The notes below the pieces were generated by a model that saw only the letters and a list, made by a program, of their open reading frames with translations, was not told the DNA's origin and made no database searches. Shown piece after piece: positions 1-12,900 of a stretch of DNA of 64,000 bases; the stretch's first letter is position 1, and each line of letters begins with the position of its first letter. The DNA is from the human T2T-CHM13v2.0 reference genome, Homo sapiens. The position numbers and the translations under genes were made by a program. Where the stretch lies: the NCBI RefSeq assembly GCF_009914755.1, contig NC_060931.1; one strand, 5' to 3'.

Positions 1-60
1 GCAGTTTGGAAACACTCTGTTTGTAAAGTCTGCAAGTGGATATATGGACCGCTTTGAGGC

Positions 61-77
61 CTTCGTTGGAAACGGGA
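61..77 (+). promoter_or_regulatory. CENP-B box, canonical (first of three per HOR)
   Basis: CTTCGTTGGAAACGGGA matches the 17-bp CENP-B box. It recurs at 1083 and in each later HOR. Confidence 0.97.
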
Positions 78-400
78 TTTCTTCATTTCATGCTAGACAG
101 AAGAATTCTCAGTAACTTCTTTGTGCTGTGTGTATTCAACTCACAGAGTGGAACGTCCCTTTGCACAGAGCAGATTTGAAACACTCTTTTTGTGGAGTTT
201 GCAAGTGGAGATTTCAAGCGATTTGATGCCAACAGTAGAAAAGGAAATATCTTCAAATAAAAACTAGACAGAATCATTCTCAGAAACTACTTTGTGATGT
301 GTGCCTTCAACTCACAGAGTTTAACCTTTCTTTTCTTAGAGCAGTTTAGAAACACTCTGCTTGTTATGTCTGCAAGTGGATATTTGGACCTCTTTGAGGC

Positions 401-417
401 CTTCGTTGCAAACGGGG
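401..417 (+). promoter_or_regulatory. CENP-B box, variant with intact core (second of three per HOR)
   Basis: CTTCGTTGCAAACGGGG differs at positions 9 and 17 but keeps all nine core bases of NTTCGNNNNANNCGGGN. Confidence 0.9.
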
Positions 418-742
418 TTTCTTCCTTTCATGCTAGACTAAGAAGAGTTCTCAGTAACTTTTTTGTGTTGTGTGTATTCAACTCACAGAGTTGAACCTTG
501 CTTTAGAGAGAGCAGATTTGAAACACTCTTGCTGTGGCATTTTCAGGTGGAGATTTCAAGCGATTTGAGGACAATTGCAGAAAAGGAAATATCTTCGTAT
601 AATAACCAGACAGAATCATTCTCAGAAAGTGCTTTGTGATGTGTGCGTTCAACTCACAGAGTTTAACCTTTCTTTTCATAGAGGAGTTTGGAAACACACT
701 GTTTGTAAAGTCTGCAAGTGGATACATGGACCTGTTTGAGGC

Positions 743-759
743 CTTCGTTGGAAACGGGA
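743..759 (+). promoter_or_regulatory. CENP-B box, canonical (third of three per HOR)
   Basis: CTTCGTTGGAAACGGGA, 342 bp after the variant box and 340 bp before the next canonical box. Confidence 0.97.
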
Positions 760-2146
760 TTTCTTCATTGAATGCTAGACGGAAGAATTCTCAGTAAATT
801 CTTTGTGTTGTGTGCATTCAACTCACAGAGTGGAACGTCCCTTTAGACAGAGCAGATTTGAAACACTCTTTTTGCGGAATTTGCAAGTGGAGATTTCTAG
901 CCATTTGATGCCAACAGTAGAAAGGGAAATATCTTCAAATAAAAACCAGACAGAATCATTCTCAGAAAATTCTTTGTGATGTGTGCGTTCAACTCACATA
1001 GTTTAACCTTTCTTTTCATAGAGCAGTTTGGAAACACTCTGTTTGTAAAGTCTGCAAGTGGATATATGGACCGCATTGAGGCCTTCGTTGGAAACGGGAT
1101 TTCTTCATTTCATGCTAGACAGAAGAATTCTCAGTAACTTCTTTGTGCTGTGTGTATTCAACTCACAGAGTGGAACGTCCCTTTACACAGAGCAGATTTG
1201 AAACACTCTTTTTGTGGAGTTTGCAAGTGGAGATTTCAAGCGATTTGATGCCAACAGTAGAAAAGGAAATATCTTCAAATAAAAACTAGACAGAATCATT
1301 CTCAGAAACTACTTTGTGATGTGTGCCTTCAACTCACAGAGTTTAACCTTTCTTTTCTTAGAGCAGTTTAGAAACACTCTGCTTGTTATGTCTGCAAGTG
1401 GATATTTGGACCTCTTTGAGGCCTTCGTTGCAAACGGGGTTTCTTCCTTTCATGCTAGACTAAGAAGAGTTCTCAGTAACTTTTTTGTGTTGTGTGTATT
1501 CAACTCACAGAGTTGAACCTTGCTTTAGAGAGAGCAGATTTGAAACACTCTTGCTGTGGCATTTTCAGGTGGAGATTTCAAGCGATTTGAGGACAATTGC
1601 AGAAAAGGAAATATCTTCGTATAATAACCAGACAGAATCATTCTCAGAAAGTGCTTTGTGATGTGTGCGTTCAACTCACAGAGTTTAACCTTTCTTTTCA
1701 TAGAGGAGTTTGGAAACACACTGTTTGTAAGGACTGCAAGTGGATATATGGACCTGTTTGAGGCCTTCGTTGGAAACGGGATTTCTTCATTGAATGCTAG
1801 ACGGAAGAATTCTCAGTAAATTCTTTGTGTTGTGTGCATTCAACTCACAGAGTGGAACGTCCCTTTAGACACAGCAGATTTGAAACACTCTTTTTGCGGA
1901 ATTTGCAAGTGGAGATTTCTAGCCATTTGATGCCAACAGTAGAAAGGGAAATATCTTCAAATAAAAACCAGACAGAATCATTCTCAGCAAATTCTTTGTG
2001 ATGTGTGCGTTCAACTCACATAGTTTAACCTTTCTTTTCATAGAGCAGTTTGGAAACACTCTGTTTGTAAAGTCTGCAAGTGGATATATGGACCGCATTG
2101 AGGCCTTCGTTGGAAACGGGATTTCTTCATTTCATGCTAGACAGAA

Positions 2147-3166
2147 GAATTCTCAGTAACTTCTTTGTGCTGTGTGTATTCAACTCAGAGTGGAACGTCC
2201 CTTTGCACAGAGCAGATTTGAAACACTGTTTTTGTGGAGTTTGCAAGTGGAGATTTCAAGCGATTTGATGCCAACAGTAGAAAAGGAAATATCTTCAAAT
2301 AAAAACTAGACAGAATCATTCTCAGAAACTACTTTGTGATGTGTGCCTTCAACTCACAGAGTTCAACCTTTCTTTTCTTAGAGCAGTTTAGAAACACTCT
2401 GCTTGTTATGTCTGCAAGTGGATATTTGGACCTCTTTGAGGCCTTCGTTGCAAACGGGGTTTCTTCCTTTCATGCTAGACTAAGAAGAGTTCTCAGTAAC
2501 TTTTTTGTGTTGTGTGTATTCAACTCACAGAGTTGAACCTTGCTTTAGAGAGAGCAGATTTGAAACACTCTTGCTGTGGCATTTTCAGGTGGAGATTTCA
2601 AGCGATTTGAGGACAATTGCAGAAAAGGAAATATCTTCGTATAATAACCAGACAGAATCATTCTCAGAAAGTGCTTTGTGATGTGTGCGTTCAACTCACA
2701 GAGTTTAACCTTTCTTTTCATAGAGGAGTTTGGAAACACACTGTTTGTAAAGTCTGCAAGTGGATACATGGACCTGTTTGAGGCCTTCGTTGGAAACGGG
2801 ATTTCTTCATTGAATGCTAGACGGAAGAATTCTCAGTAAATTCTTTGTGTTGTGTGCATTCAACTCACAGAGTGGAACGTCCCTTTAGACAGAGCAGATT
2901 TGAAACACTCTTTTTGCGGAATTTGCAAGTGGAGATTTCTAGCCATTTGATGCCAACAGTAGAAAGGGAAATATCTTCAAATAAAAACCAGACAGAATCA
3001 TTCTCAGAAAATTCTTTGTGATGTGTGCGTTCAACTCACATAGTTTAACCTTTCTTTTCATAGAGCAGTTTGGAAACACTCTGTTTGTAAAGTCTGCAAG
3101 TGGATATATGGACCGCTTTGAGGCCTTCGTTGGAAACGGGATTTCTTCATTTCATGCTAGACAGAA
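2147..3166 (+). repeat. HOR unit with a 2-bp deletion (1020 bp)
   Basis: CAACTCAGAG at 2181-2190 replaces CAACTCACAGAG. ORF spacing from 1316 to 2336 is 1020 bp. Confidence 0.93.
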
Positions 3167-6100
3167 GAATTCTCAGTAACTTCTTTGTGCTGTGTGTATT
3201 CAACTCACAGAGTGGAACGTCCCTTTGCACAGAGCAGATTTGAAACACTCTTTTTGTGGAGTTTGCAAGTGGAGATTTCAAGCGATTTGATGCCAACAGT
3301 AGAAAAGGAAATATCTTCAAATAAAAACTAGACAGAATCATTCTCAGAAACTACTTTGTGATGTGTGCCTTCAACTCACAGAGTTTAACCTTTCTTTTCT
3401 TAGAGCAGTTTAGAAACACTCTGCTTGTTATGTCTGCAAGTGGATATTTGGACCTCTTTGAGGCCTTCGTTGCAAACGGGGTTTCTTCCTTTCATGCTAG
3501 ACTAAGAAGAGTTCTCAGTAACTTTTTTGTGTTGTGTGTATTCAACTCACAGAGTTGAACCTTGCTTTAGAGAGAGCAGATTTGAAACACTCTTGCTGTG
3601 GCATTTTCAGGTGGAGATTTCAAGCGATTTGAGGACAATTGCAGAAAAGGAAATATCTTCGTATAATAACCAGACAGAATCATTCTCAGAAAGTGCTTTG
3701 TGATGTGTGCGTTCAACTCACAGAGTTTAACCTTTCTTTTCATAGAGGAGTTTGGAAACACACTGTTTGTAAAGTCTGCAAGTGGATACATGGACCTGTT
3801 TGAGGCCTTCGTTGGAAACGGGATTTCTTCATTGAATGCTAGACGGAAGAATTCTCAGTAAATTCTTTGTGTTGTGTGCATTCAACTCACAGAGTGGAAC
3901 GTCCCTTTAGACAGAGCAGATTTGAAACACTCTTTTTGCGGAATTTGCAAGTGGAGATTTCTAGCCATTTGATGCCAACAGTAGAAAGGGAAATATCTTC
4001 AAATAAAAACCAGACAGAATCATTCTCAGAAAATTCTTTGTGATGTGTGCGTTCAACTCACATAGTTTAACCTTTCTTTTCATAGAGCAGTTTGGAAACA
4101 CTCTGTTTGTAAAGTCTGCAAGTGGATATATGGACCGCTTTGAGGCCTTCGTTGGAAACGGGATTTCTTCATTTCATGCTAGACAGAAGAATTCTCAGTA
4201 ACTTCTTTGTGCTGTGTGTATTCAACTCACAGAGTGGAACGTCCCTTTGCACAGAGCAGATTTGAAACACTCTTTTTGTGGAGTTTGCAAGTGGAGATTT
4301 CAAGCGATTTGATGCCAACAGTAGAAAAGGAAATATCTTCAAATAAAAACTAGACAGAATCATTCTCAGAAACTACTTTGTGATGTGTGCCTTCAACTCA
4401 CAGAGTTCAACCTTTCTTTTCTTAGAGCAGTTTAGAAACACTCTGCTTGTTATGTCTGCAAGTGGATATTTGGACCTCTTTGAGGCCTTCGTTGCAAACG
4501 GGGTTTCTTCCTTTCATGCTAGACTAAGAAGAGTTCTCAGTAACTTTTTTGTGTTGTGTGTATTCAACTCACAGAGTTGAACCTTGCTTTAGAGAGAGCA
4601 GATTTGAAACACTCTTGCTGTGGCATTTTCAGGTGGAGATTTCAAGCGATTTGAGGACAATTGCAGAAAAGGAAATATCTTCGTATAATAACCAGACAGA
4701 ATCATTCTCAGAAAGTGCTTTGTGATGTGTGCGTTCAACTCACAGAGTTTAACCTTTCTTTTCATAGAGGAGTTTGGAAACACACTGTTTGTAAAGTCTG
4801 CAAGTGGATACATGGACCTGTTTGAGGCCTTCGTTGGAAACGGGATTTCTTCATTGAATGCTAGACGGAAGAATTCTCAGTAAATTCTTTGTGTTGTGTG
4901 CATTCAACTCACAGAGTGGAACGTCCCTTTAGACAGAGCAGATTTGAAACACTCTTTTTGCGGAATTTGCAAGTGGAGATTTCTAGCCATTTGATGCCAA
5001 CAGTAGAAAGGGAAATATCTTCAAATAAAAACCAGACAGAATCATTCTCAGCAAATTCTTTGTGATGTGTGCGTTCAACTCACATAGTTTAACCTTTCTT
5101 TTCATAGAGCAGTTTGGAAACACTCTGTTTGTAAAGTCTGCAAGTGGATATATGGACCGCATTGAGGCCTTCGTTGGAAACGGGATTTCTTCATTTCATG
5201 CTAGACAGAAGAATTCTCAGTAACTTCTTTGTGCTGTGTGTATTCAACTCACAGAGTGGAACGTCCCTTTACACAGAGCAGATTTGAAACACTCTTTTTG
5301 TGGAGTTTGCAAGTGGAGATTTCAAGCGATTTGATGCCAACAGTAGAAAAGGAAATATCTTCAAATAAAAACTAGACAGAATCATTCTCAGAAACTACTT
5401 TGTGATGTGTGCCTTCAACTCACAGAGTTTAACCTTTCTTTTCTTAGAGCAGTTTAGAAACACTCTGCTTGTTATGTCTGCAAGTGGATATTTGGACCTC
5501 TTTGAGGCCTTCGTTGCAAACGGGGTTTCTTCCTTTCATGCTAGACTAAGAAGAGTTCTCAGTAACTTTTTTGTGTTGTGTGTATTCAACTCACAGAGTT
5601 GAACCTTGCTTTAGAGAGAGCAGATTTGAAACACTCTTGCTGTGGCATTTTCAGGTGGAGATTTCAAGCGATTTGAGGACAATTGCAGAAAAGGAAATAT
5701 CTTCGTATAATAACCAGACAGAATCATTCTCAGAAAGTGCTTTGTGATGTGTGCGTTCAACTCACAGAGTTTAACCTTTCTTTCCATAGAGGAGTTTGGA
5801 AACACACTGTTTGTAAAGTCTGCAAGTGGATATATGGACCTGTTTGAGGCCTTCGTTGGAAACGGGATTTCTTCATTGAATGCTAGACGGAAGAATTCTC
5901 AGTAAATTCTTTGTGTTGTGTGCATTCAACTCACAGAGTGGAACGTCCCTTTAGACAGAGCAGATTTGAAACACTCTTTTTGCGGAATTTGCAAGTGGAG
6001 ATTTCTAGCCATTTGATGCCAACAGTAGAAAGGGAAATATCTTCAAATAAAAACCAGACAGAATCATTCTCAGAAAATTCTTTGTGATGTGTGCGTTCAA

Positions 6101-6232
6101 CTCACATAGTTTAACCTTTCTTTTCATAGAGCAGTTTGGAAACACTCTGTTTGTAAAGTCTGCAAGTGGATATATGGACCGCATTGAGGCCTTCGTTGGA
6201 AACGGGATTTCTTCATTTCATGCTAGACAGAA

Positions 6233-6912
6233 GAATTCTCAGTAACTTCTTTGTGCTGTGTGTATTCAACTCACAGAGTGGAACGTCCCTTTACACAGAG
6301 CAGATTTGAAACACTCTTTTTGTGGAGTTTGCAAGTGGAGATTTCAAGCGATTTGATGCCAACAGTAGAAAAGGAAATATCTTCAAATAAAAACTAGACA
6401 GAATCATTCTCAGAAACTACTTTGTGATGTGTGCCTTCAACTCACAGAGTTTAACCTTTCTTTTCATAGAGGAGTTTGGAAACACACTGTTTGTAAAGTC
6501 TGCAAGTGGATATATGGACCTGTTTGAGGCCTTCGTTGGAAACGGGATTTCTTCATTGAATGCTAGACGGAAGAATTCTCAGTAAATTCTTTGTGTTGTG
6601 TGCATTCAACTCACAGAGTGGAACGTCCCTTTAGACAGAGCAGATTTGAAACACTCTTTTTGCGGAATTTGCAAGTGGAGATTTCTAGCCATTTGATGCC
6701 AACAGTAGAAAGGGAAATATCTTCAAATAAAAACCAGACAGAATCATTCTCAGAAAATTCTTTGTGATGTGTGCGTTCAACTCACATAGTTTAACCTTTC
6801 TTTTCATAGAGCAGTTTGGAAACACTCTGTTTGTAAAGTCTGCAAGTGGATATATGGACCGCATTGAGGCCTTCGTTGGAAACGGGATTTATTCATTTCA
6901 TGCTAGACAGAA
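6233..6912 (+). repeat. 4-mer HOR variant type 1 (680 bp; 342-bp dimer deleted)
   Basis: A chimeric monomer begins AAACTACTTTG...GTGCC and continues TTTTCATAGAGGAG. The junction lies in 30 bp of shared identity at 6436-6465. ORF spacing from 5402 to 7104 is 1022+680. Confidence 0.95.
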
Positions 6913-9900
6913 GAATTCTCAGTAACTTCTTTGTGCTGTGTGTATTCAACTCACAGAGTCGAACGTCCCTTTACACAGAGCAGATTTGAAACACTCTTTT
7001 TGTGGAGTTTGCAAGTGGAGATTTCAAGCGATTTGATGCCAACAGTAGAAAAGGAAATATCTTCAAATAAAAACTAGACAGAATCATTCTCAGAAACTAC
7101 TTTGTGATGTGTGCCTTCAACTCACAGAGTTTAACCTTTCTTTTCTTAGAGCAGTTTAGAAACACTCTGCTTGTTATGTCTGCAAGTGGATATTTGGACC
7201 TCTTTGAGGCCTTCGTTGCAAACGGGGTTTCTTCCTTTCATGCTAGACTAAGAAGAGTTCTCAGTAACTTTTTTGTGTTGTGTGTATTCAACTCACAGAG
7301 TTGAACCTTGCTTTAGAGAGAGCAGATTTGAAACACTCTTGCTGTGGCATTTTCAGGTGGAGATTTCAAGCGATTTGAGGACAATTGCAGAAAAGGAAAT
7401 ATCTTCGTATAATAACCAGACAGAATCATTCTCAGAAAGTGCTTTGTGATGTGTGCGTTCAACTCACAGAGTTTAACCTTTCTTTTCATAGAGGAGTTTG
7501 GAAACACACTGTTTGTAAGGACTGCAAGTGGATATATGGACCTGTTTGAGGCCTTCGTTGGAAACGGGATTTCTTCATTGAATGCTAGACGGAAGAATTC
7601 TCAGTAAATTCTTTGTGTTGTGTGCATTCAACTCACAGAGTGTAACGTCCCTTTAGACACAGCAGATTTGAAACACTCTTTTTGCGGAATTTGCAAGTGG
7701 AGATTTCTAGCCATTTGATGCCAACAGTAGAAAGGGAAATATCTTCAAATAAAAACCAGACAGAATCATTCTCAGCAAATTCTTTGTGATGTGTGCGTTC
7801 AACTCACATAGTTTAACCTTTCTTTTCATAGAGCCGTTTGGAAACACTCTGTTTGTAAAGTCTGCAAGTGGATATATGGACCGCATTGAGGCCTTCGTTG
7901 GAAACGGGATTTCTTCATTTCATGCTAGACAGAAGAATTCTCAGTAACTTCTTTGTGCTGTGTGTATTCAACTCACAGAGTGGAACGTCCCTTTGCACAG
8001 AGCAGATTTGAAACACTCTTTTTGTGGAGTTTGCAAGTGGAGATTTCAAGCGATTTGATGCCAACAGTAGAAAAGGAAATATCTTCAAATAAAAACTAGA
8101 CAGAATCATTCTCAGAAACTACTTTGTGATGTGTGCCTTCAACTCACAGAGTTCAACCTTTCTTTTCTTAGAGCAGTTTAGAAACACTCTGCTTGTTATG
8201 TCTGCAAGTGGATATTTGGACCTCTTTGAGGCCTTCGTTGCAAACGGGGTTTCTTCCTTTCATGCTAGACTAAGAAGAGTTCTCAGTAACTTTTTTGTGT
8301 TGTGTGTATTCAACTCACAGTGTTGAACCTTGCTTTAGAGAGAGCAGATTTGAAACACTCTTGCTGTGGCATTTTCAGGTGGAGATTTCAAGCGATTTGA
8401 GGACAATTGCAGAAAAGGAAATATCTTCGTATAATAACCAGACAGAATCATTCTCAGAAAGTGCTTTGTGATGTGTGCGTTCAACTCACAGAGTTTAACC
8501 TTTCTTTTCATAGAGGAGTTTGGAAACACACTGTTTGTAAAGTCTGCAAGTGGATACATGGACCTGTTTGAGGCCTTCGTTGGAAACGGGATTTCTTCAT
8601 TGAATGCTAGACGGAAGAATTCTCAGTAAATTCTTTGTGTTGTGTGCATTCAACTCACAGAGTGGAACGTCCCTTTAGACAGAGCAGATTTGAAACACTC
8701 TTTTTGCGGAATTTGCAAGTGGAGATTTCTAGCCATTTGATGCCAACAGTAGAAAGGGAAATATCTTCAAATAAAAACCAGACAGAATCATTCTCAGAAA
8801 ATTCTTTGTGATGTGTGCGTTCAACTCACATAGTTTAACCTTTCTTTTCATAGAGCAGTTTGGAAACACTCTGTTTGTAAAGTCTGCAAGTGGATATATG
8901 GACCGCTTTGAGGCCTTCGTTGGAAACGGGATTTCTTCATTTCATGCTAGACAGAAGAATTCTCAGTAACTTCTTTGTGCTGTGTGTATTCAACTCACAG
9001 AGTGGAACGTCCCTTTGCACAGAGCAGATTTGAAACACTCTTTTTGTGGAGTTTGCAAGTGGAGATTTCAAGCGATTTGATGCCAACAGTAGAAAAGGAA
9101 ATATCTTCAAATAAAAACTAGACAGAATCATTCTCAGAAACTACTTTGTGATGTGTGCCTTCAACTCACAGAGTTTAACCTTTCTTTTCTTAGAGCAGTT
9201 TAGAAACACTCTGCTTGTTATGTCTGCAAGTGGATATTTGGACCTCTTTGAGGCCTTCGTTGCAAACGGGGTTTCTTCCTTTCATGCTAGACTAAGAAGA
9301 GTTCTCAGTAACTTTTTTGTGTTGTGTGTATTCAACTCACAGAGTTGAACCTTGCTTTAGAGAGAGCAGATTTGAAACACTCTTGCTGTGGCATTTTCAG
9401 GTGGAGATTTCAAGCGATTTGAGGACAATTGCAGAAAAGGAAATATCTTCGTATAATAACCAGACAGAATCATTCTCAGAAAGTGCTTTGTGATGTGTGC
9501 GTTCAACTCACAGAGTTTAACCTTTCTTTTCATAGAGGAGTTTGGAAACACACTGTTTGTAAAGTCTGCAAGTGGATACATGGACCTGTTTGAGGCCTTC
9601 GTTGGAAACGGGATTTCTTCATTGAATGCTAGACGGAAGAATTCTCAGTAAATTCTTTGTGTTGTGTGCATTCAACTCACAGAGTGGAACGTCCCTTTAG
9701 ACAGAGCAGATTTGAAACACTCTTTTTGCGGAATTTGCAAGTGGAGATTTCTAGCCATTTGATGCCAACAGTAGAAAGGGAAATATCTTCAAATAAAAAC
9801 CAGACAGAATCATTCTCAGAAAATTCTTTGTGATGTGTGCGTTCAACTCACATAGTTTAACCTTTCTTTTCATAGAGCAGTTTGGAAACACTCTGTTTGT

Positions 9901-12900
9901 AAAGTCTGCAAGTGGATATATGGACCGCATTGAGGCCTTCGTTGGAAACGGGATTTCTTCATTTCATGCTAGACAGAAGAATTCTCAGTAACTTCTTTGT
10001 GCTGTGTGTATTCAACTCACAGAGTGGAACGTCCTTTTGCACAGAGCAGATTTGAAACACTCTTTTTGTGGAGTTTGCAAGTGGAGATTTCAAGCGATTT
10101 GATGCCAACAGTAGAAAAGGAAATATCTTCAAATAAAAACTAGACAGAATCATTCTCAGAAACTACTTTGTGATGTGTGCCTTCAACTCACAGAGTTCAA
10201 CCTTTCTTTTCTTAGAGCAGTTTAGAAACACTCTGCTTGTTATGTCTGCAAGTGGATATTTGGACCTCTTTGAGGCCTTCGTTGCAAACGGGGTTTCTTC
10301 CTTTCATGCTAGACTAAGAAGAGTTCTCAGTAACTTTTTTGTGTTGTGTGTATTCAACTCACAGAGTTGAACCTTGCTTTAGAGACAGCAGATTTGAAAC
10401 ACTCTTGCTGTGGCATTTTCAGGTGGAGATTTCAAGCGATTTGAGGACAATTGCAGAAAAGGAAATATCTTCGTATAATAACCAGACAGAATCATTCTCA
10501 GAAAGTGCTTTGTGATGTGTGCGTTCAACTCACAGAGTTTAACCTTTCTTTTCATAGAGGAGTTTGGAAACACACTGTTTGTAAAGTCTGCAAGTGGATA
10601 CATGGACCTGTTTGAGGCCTTCGTTGGAAACGGGATTTCTTCATTGAATGCTAGACGGAAGAATTCTCAGTAAATTCTTTGTGTTGTGTGCATTCAACTC
10701 ACAGAGTGGAACGTCCCTTTAGACAGAGCAGATTTGAAACACTCTTTTTGCGGAATTTGCAAGTGGAGATTTCTAGCCATTTGATGCCAACAGTAGAAAG
10801 GGAAATATCTTCAAATAAAAACCAGACAGAATCATTCTCAGCAAATTCTTTGTGATGTGTGCATTCAACTCACATAGTTTAACCTTTCTTTTCATAGAGC
10901 AGTTTGGAAACACTCTGTTTGTAAAGTCTGCAAGTGGATATATGGACCGCATTGAGGCCTTCGTTGGAAACGGGATTTCTTCATTTCATGCTAGACAGAA
11001 GAATTCTCAGTAACTTCTTTGTGCTGTGTGTATTCAACTCACAGAGTGGAACGTCCCTTTGCACAGAGCAGATTTGAAACACTCTTTTTGTGGAGTTTGC
11101 AAGTGGAGATTTCAAGCGATTTGATGCCAACAGTAGAAAAGGAAATATCTTCAAATAAAAACTAGACAGAATCATTCTCAGAAACTACTTTGTGATGTGT
11201 GCCTTCAACTCACAGAGTTTAACCTTTCTTTTCTTAGAGCAGTTTAGAAACACTCTGCTTGTTATGTCTGCAAGTGGATATTTGGACCTCTTTGAGGCCT
11301 TCGTTGCAAACGGGGTTTCTTCCTTTCATGCTAGACTAAGAAGAGTTCTCAGTAACTTTTTTGTGTTGTGTGTATTCAACTCACAGAGTTGAACCTTGCT
11401 TTAGAGAGAGCAGATTTGAAACACTCTTGCTGTGGCATTTTCAGGTGGAGATTTCAAGCGATTTGAGGACAATTGCAGAAAAGGAAATATCTTCGTATAA
11501 TAACCAGACAGAATCATTCTCAGAAAGTGCTTTGTGATGTGTGCGTTCAACTCACAGAGTTTAACCTTTCTTTTCATAGAGGAGTTTGGAAACACACTGT
11601 TTGTAAAGTCTGCAAGTGGATACATGGACCTGTTTGAGGCCTTCGTTGGAAACGGGATTTCTTCATTGAATGCTAGACGGAAGAATTCTCAGTAAATTCT
11701 TTGTGTTGTGTGCATTCAACTCACAGAGTGGAACGTCCCTTTAGACAGAGCAGATTTGAAACACTCTTTTTGCGGAATTTGCAAGTGGAGATTTCTAGCC
11801 ATTTGATGCCAACAGTAGAAAGGGAAATATCTTCAAATAAAAACCAGACAGAATCATTCTCAGAAAATTCTTTGTGATGTGTGCGTTCAACTCACATAGT
11901 TTAACCTTTCTTTTCATAGAGCAGTTTGGAAACACTCTGTTTGTAAAGTCTGCAAGTGGATATATGGACCGCTTTGAGGCCTTCGTTGGAAACGGGATTT
12001 CTTCATTTCATGCTAGACAGAAGAATTCTCAGTAACTTCTTTGTGCTGTGTGTATTCAACTCACAGAGTGGAACGTCCCTTTACACAGAGCAGATTTGAA
12101 ACACTCTTTTTGTGGAGTTTGCAAGTGGAGATTTCAAGCGATTTGATGCCAACAGTAGAAAAGGAAATATCTTCAAATAAAAACTAGACAGAATCATTCT
12201 CAGAAACTACTTTGTGATGTGTGCCTTCAACTCACAGAGTTTAACCTTTCTTTTCTTAGAGCAGTTTAGAAACACTCTGCTTGTTATGTCTGCAAGTGGA
12301 TATTTGGACCTCTTTGAGGCCTTCGTTGCAAACGGGGTTTCTTCCTTTCATGCTAGACTAAGAAGAGTTCTCAGTAACTTTTTTGTGTTGTGTGTATTCA
12401 ACTCACAGAGTTGAACCTTGCTTTAGAGAGAGCAGATTTGAAACACTCTTGCTGTGGCATTTTCAGGTGGAGATTTCAAGCGATTTGAGGACAATTGCAG
12501 AAAAGGAAATATCTTCGTATAATAACCAGACAGAATCATTCTCAGAAAGTGCTTTGTGATGTGTGCGTTCAACTCACAGAGTTTAACCTTTCTTTTCATA
12601 GAGGAGTTTGGAAACACACTGTTTGTAAGGACTGCAAGTGGATATATGGACCTGTTTGAGGCCTTCGTTGGAAACGGGATTTCTTCATTGAATGCTAGAC
12701 GGAAGAATTCTCAGTAAATTCTTTGTGTTGTGTGCATTCAACTCACAGAGTGGAACGTCCCTTTAGACAGAGCAGATTTGAAACACTCTTTTTGCGGAAT
12801 TTGCAAGTGGAGATTTCTAGCCATTTGATGCCAACAGTAGAAAGGGAAATATCTTCAAATAAAAACCAGACAGAATCATTCTCAGAAAATTCTTTGTGAT

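Larger units (their letters stand above)
103..1124 (+). repeat. Representative canonical 6-mer HOR unit (EcoRI register)
   Basis: GAATTC at 103, 785 and 1125. The equivalent site in the middle dimer is GAGTTC (~445). Unit length is 1022 bp. Confidence 0.97.

Noticed and set aside
270-280. Short dyads such as AGAAT-C-ATTCT, AGGCCT and CAATTG as possible hairpins or terminators
   Set aside because: The stems are very short and are ordinary parts of the alphoid monomer. No specific structure can be supported from sequence alone.
593-609. CTTCGTATAATAACCAG: a CENP-B-like start and a TATAAT -10-like hexamer once per HOR
   Set aside because: It lacks the CGGG half of the CENP-B core. A bacterial promoter motif has no meaning in primate satellite and is expected by chance in AT-rich DNA.
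2080-2268. Unique 62-aa ORF not seen in other units
   Set aside because: It is created by the 2-bp deletion at ~2186 joining two reading frames, so it is not a gene.
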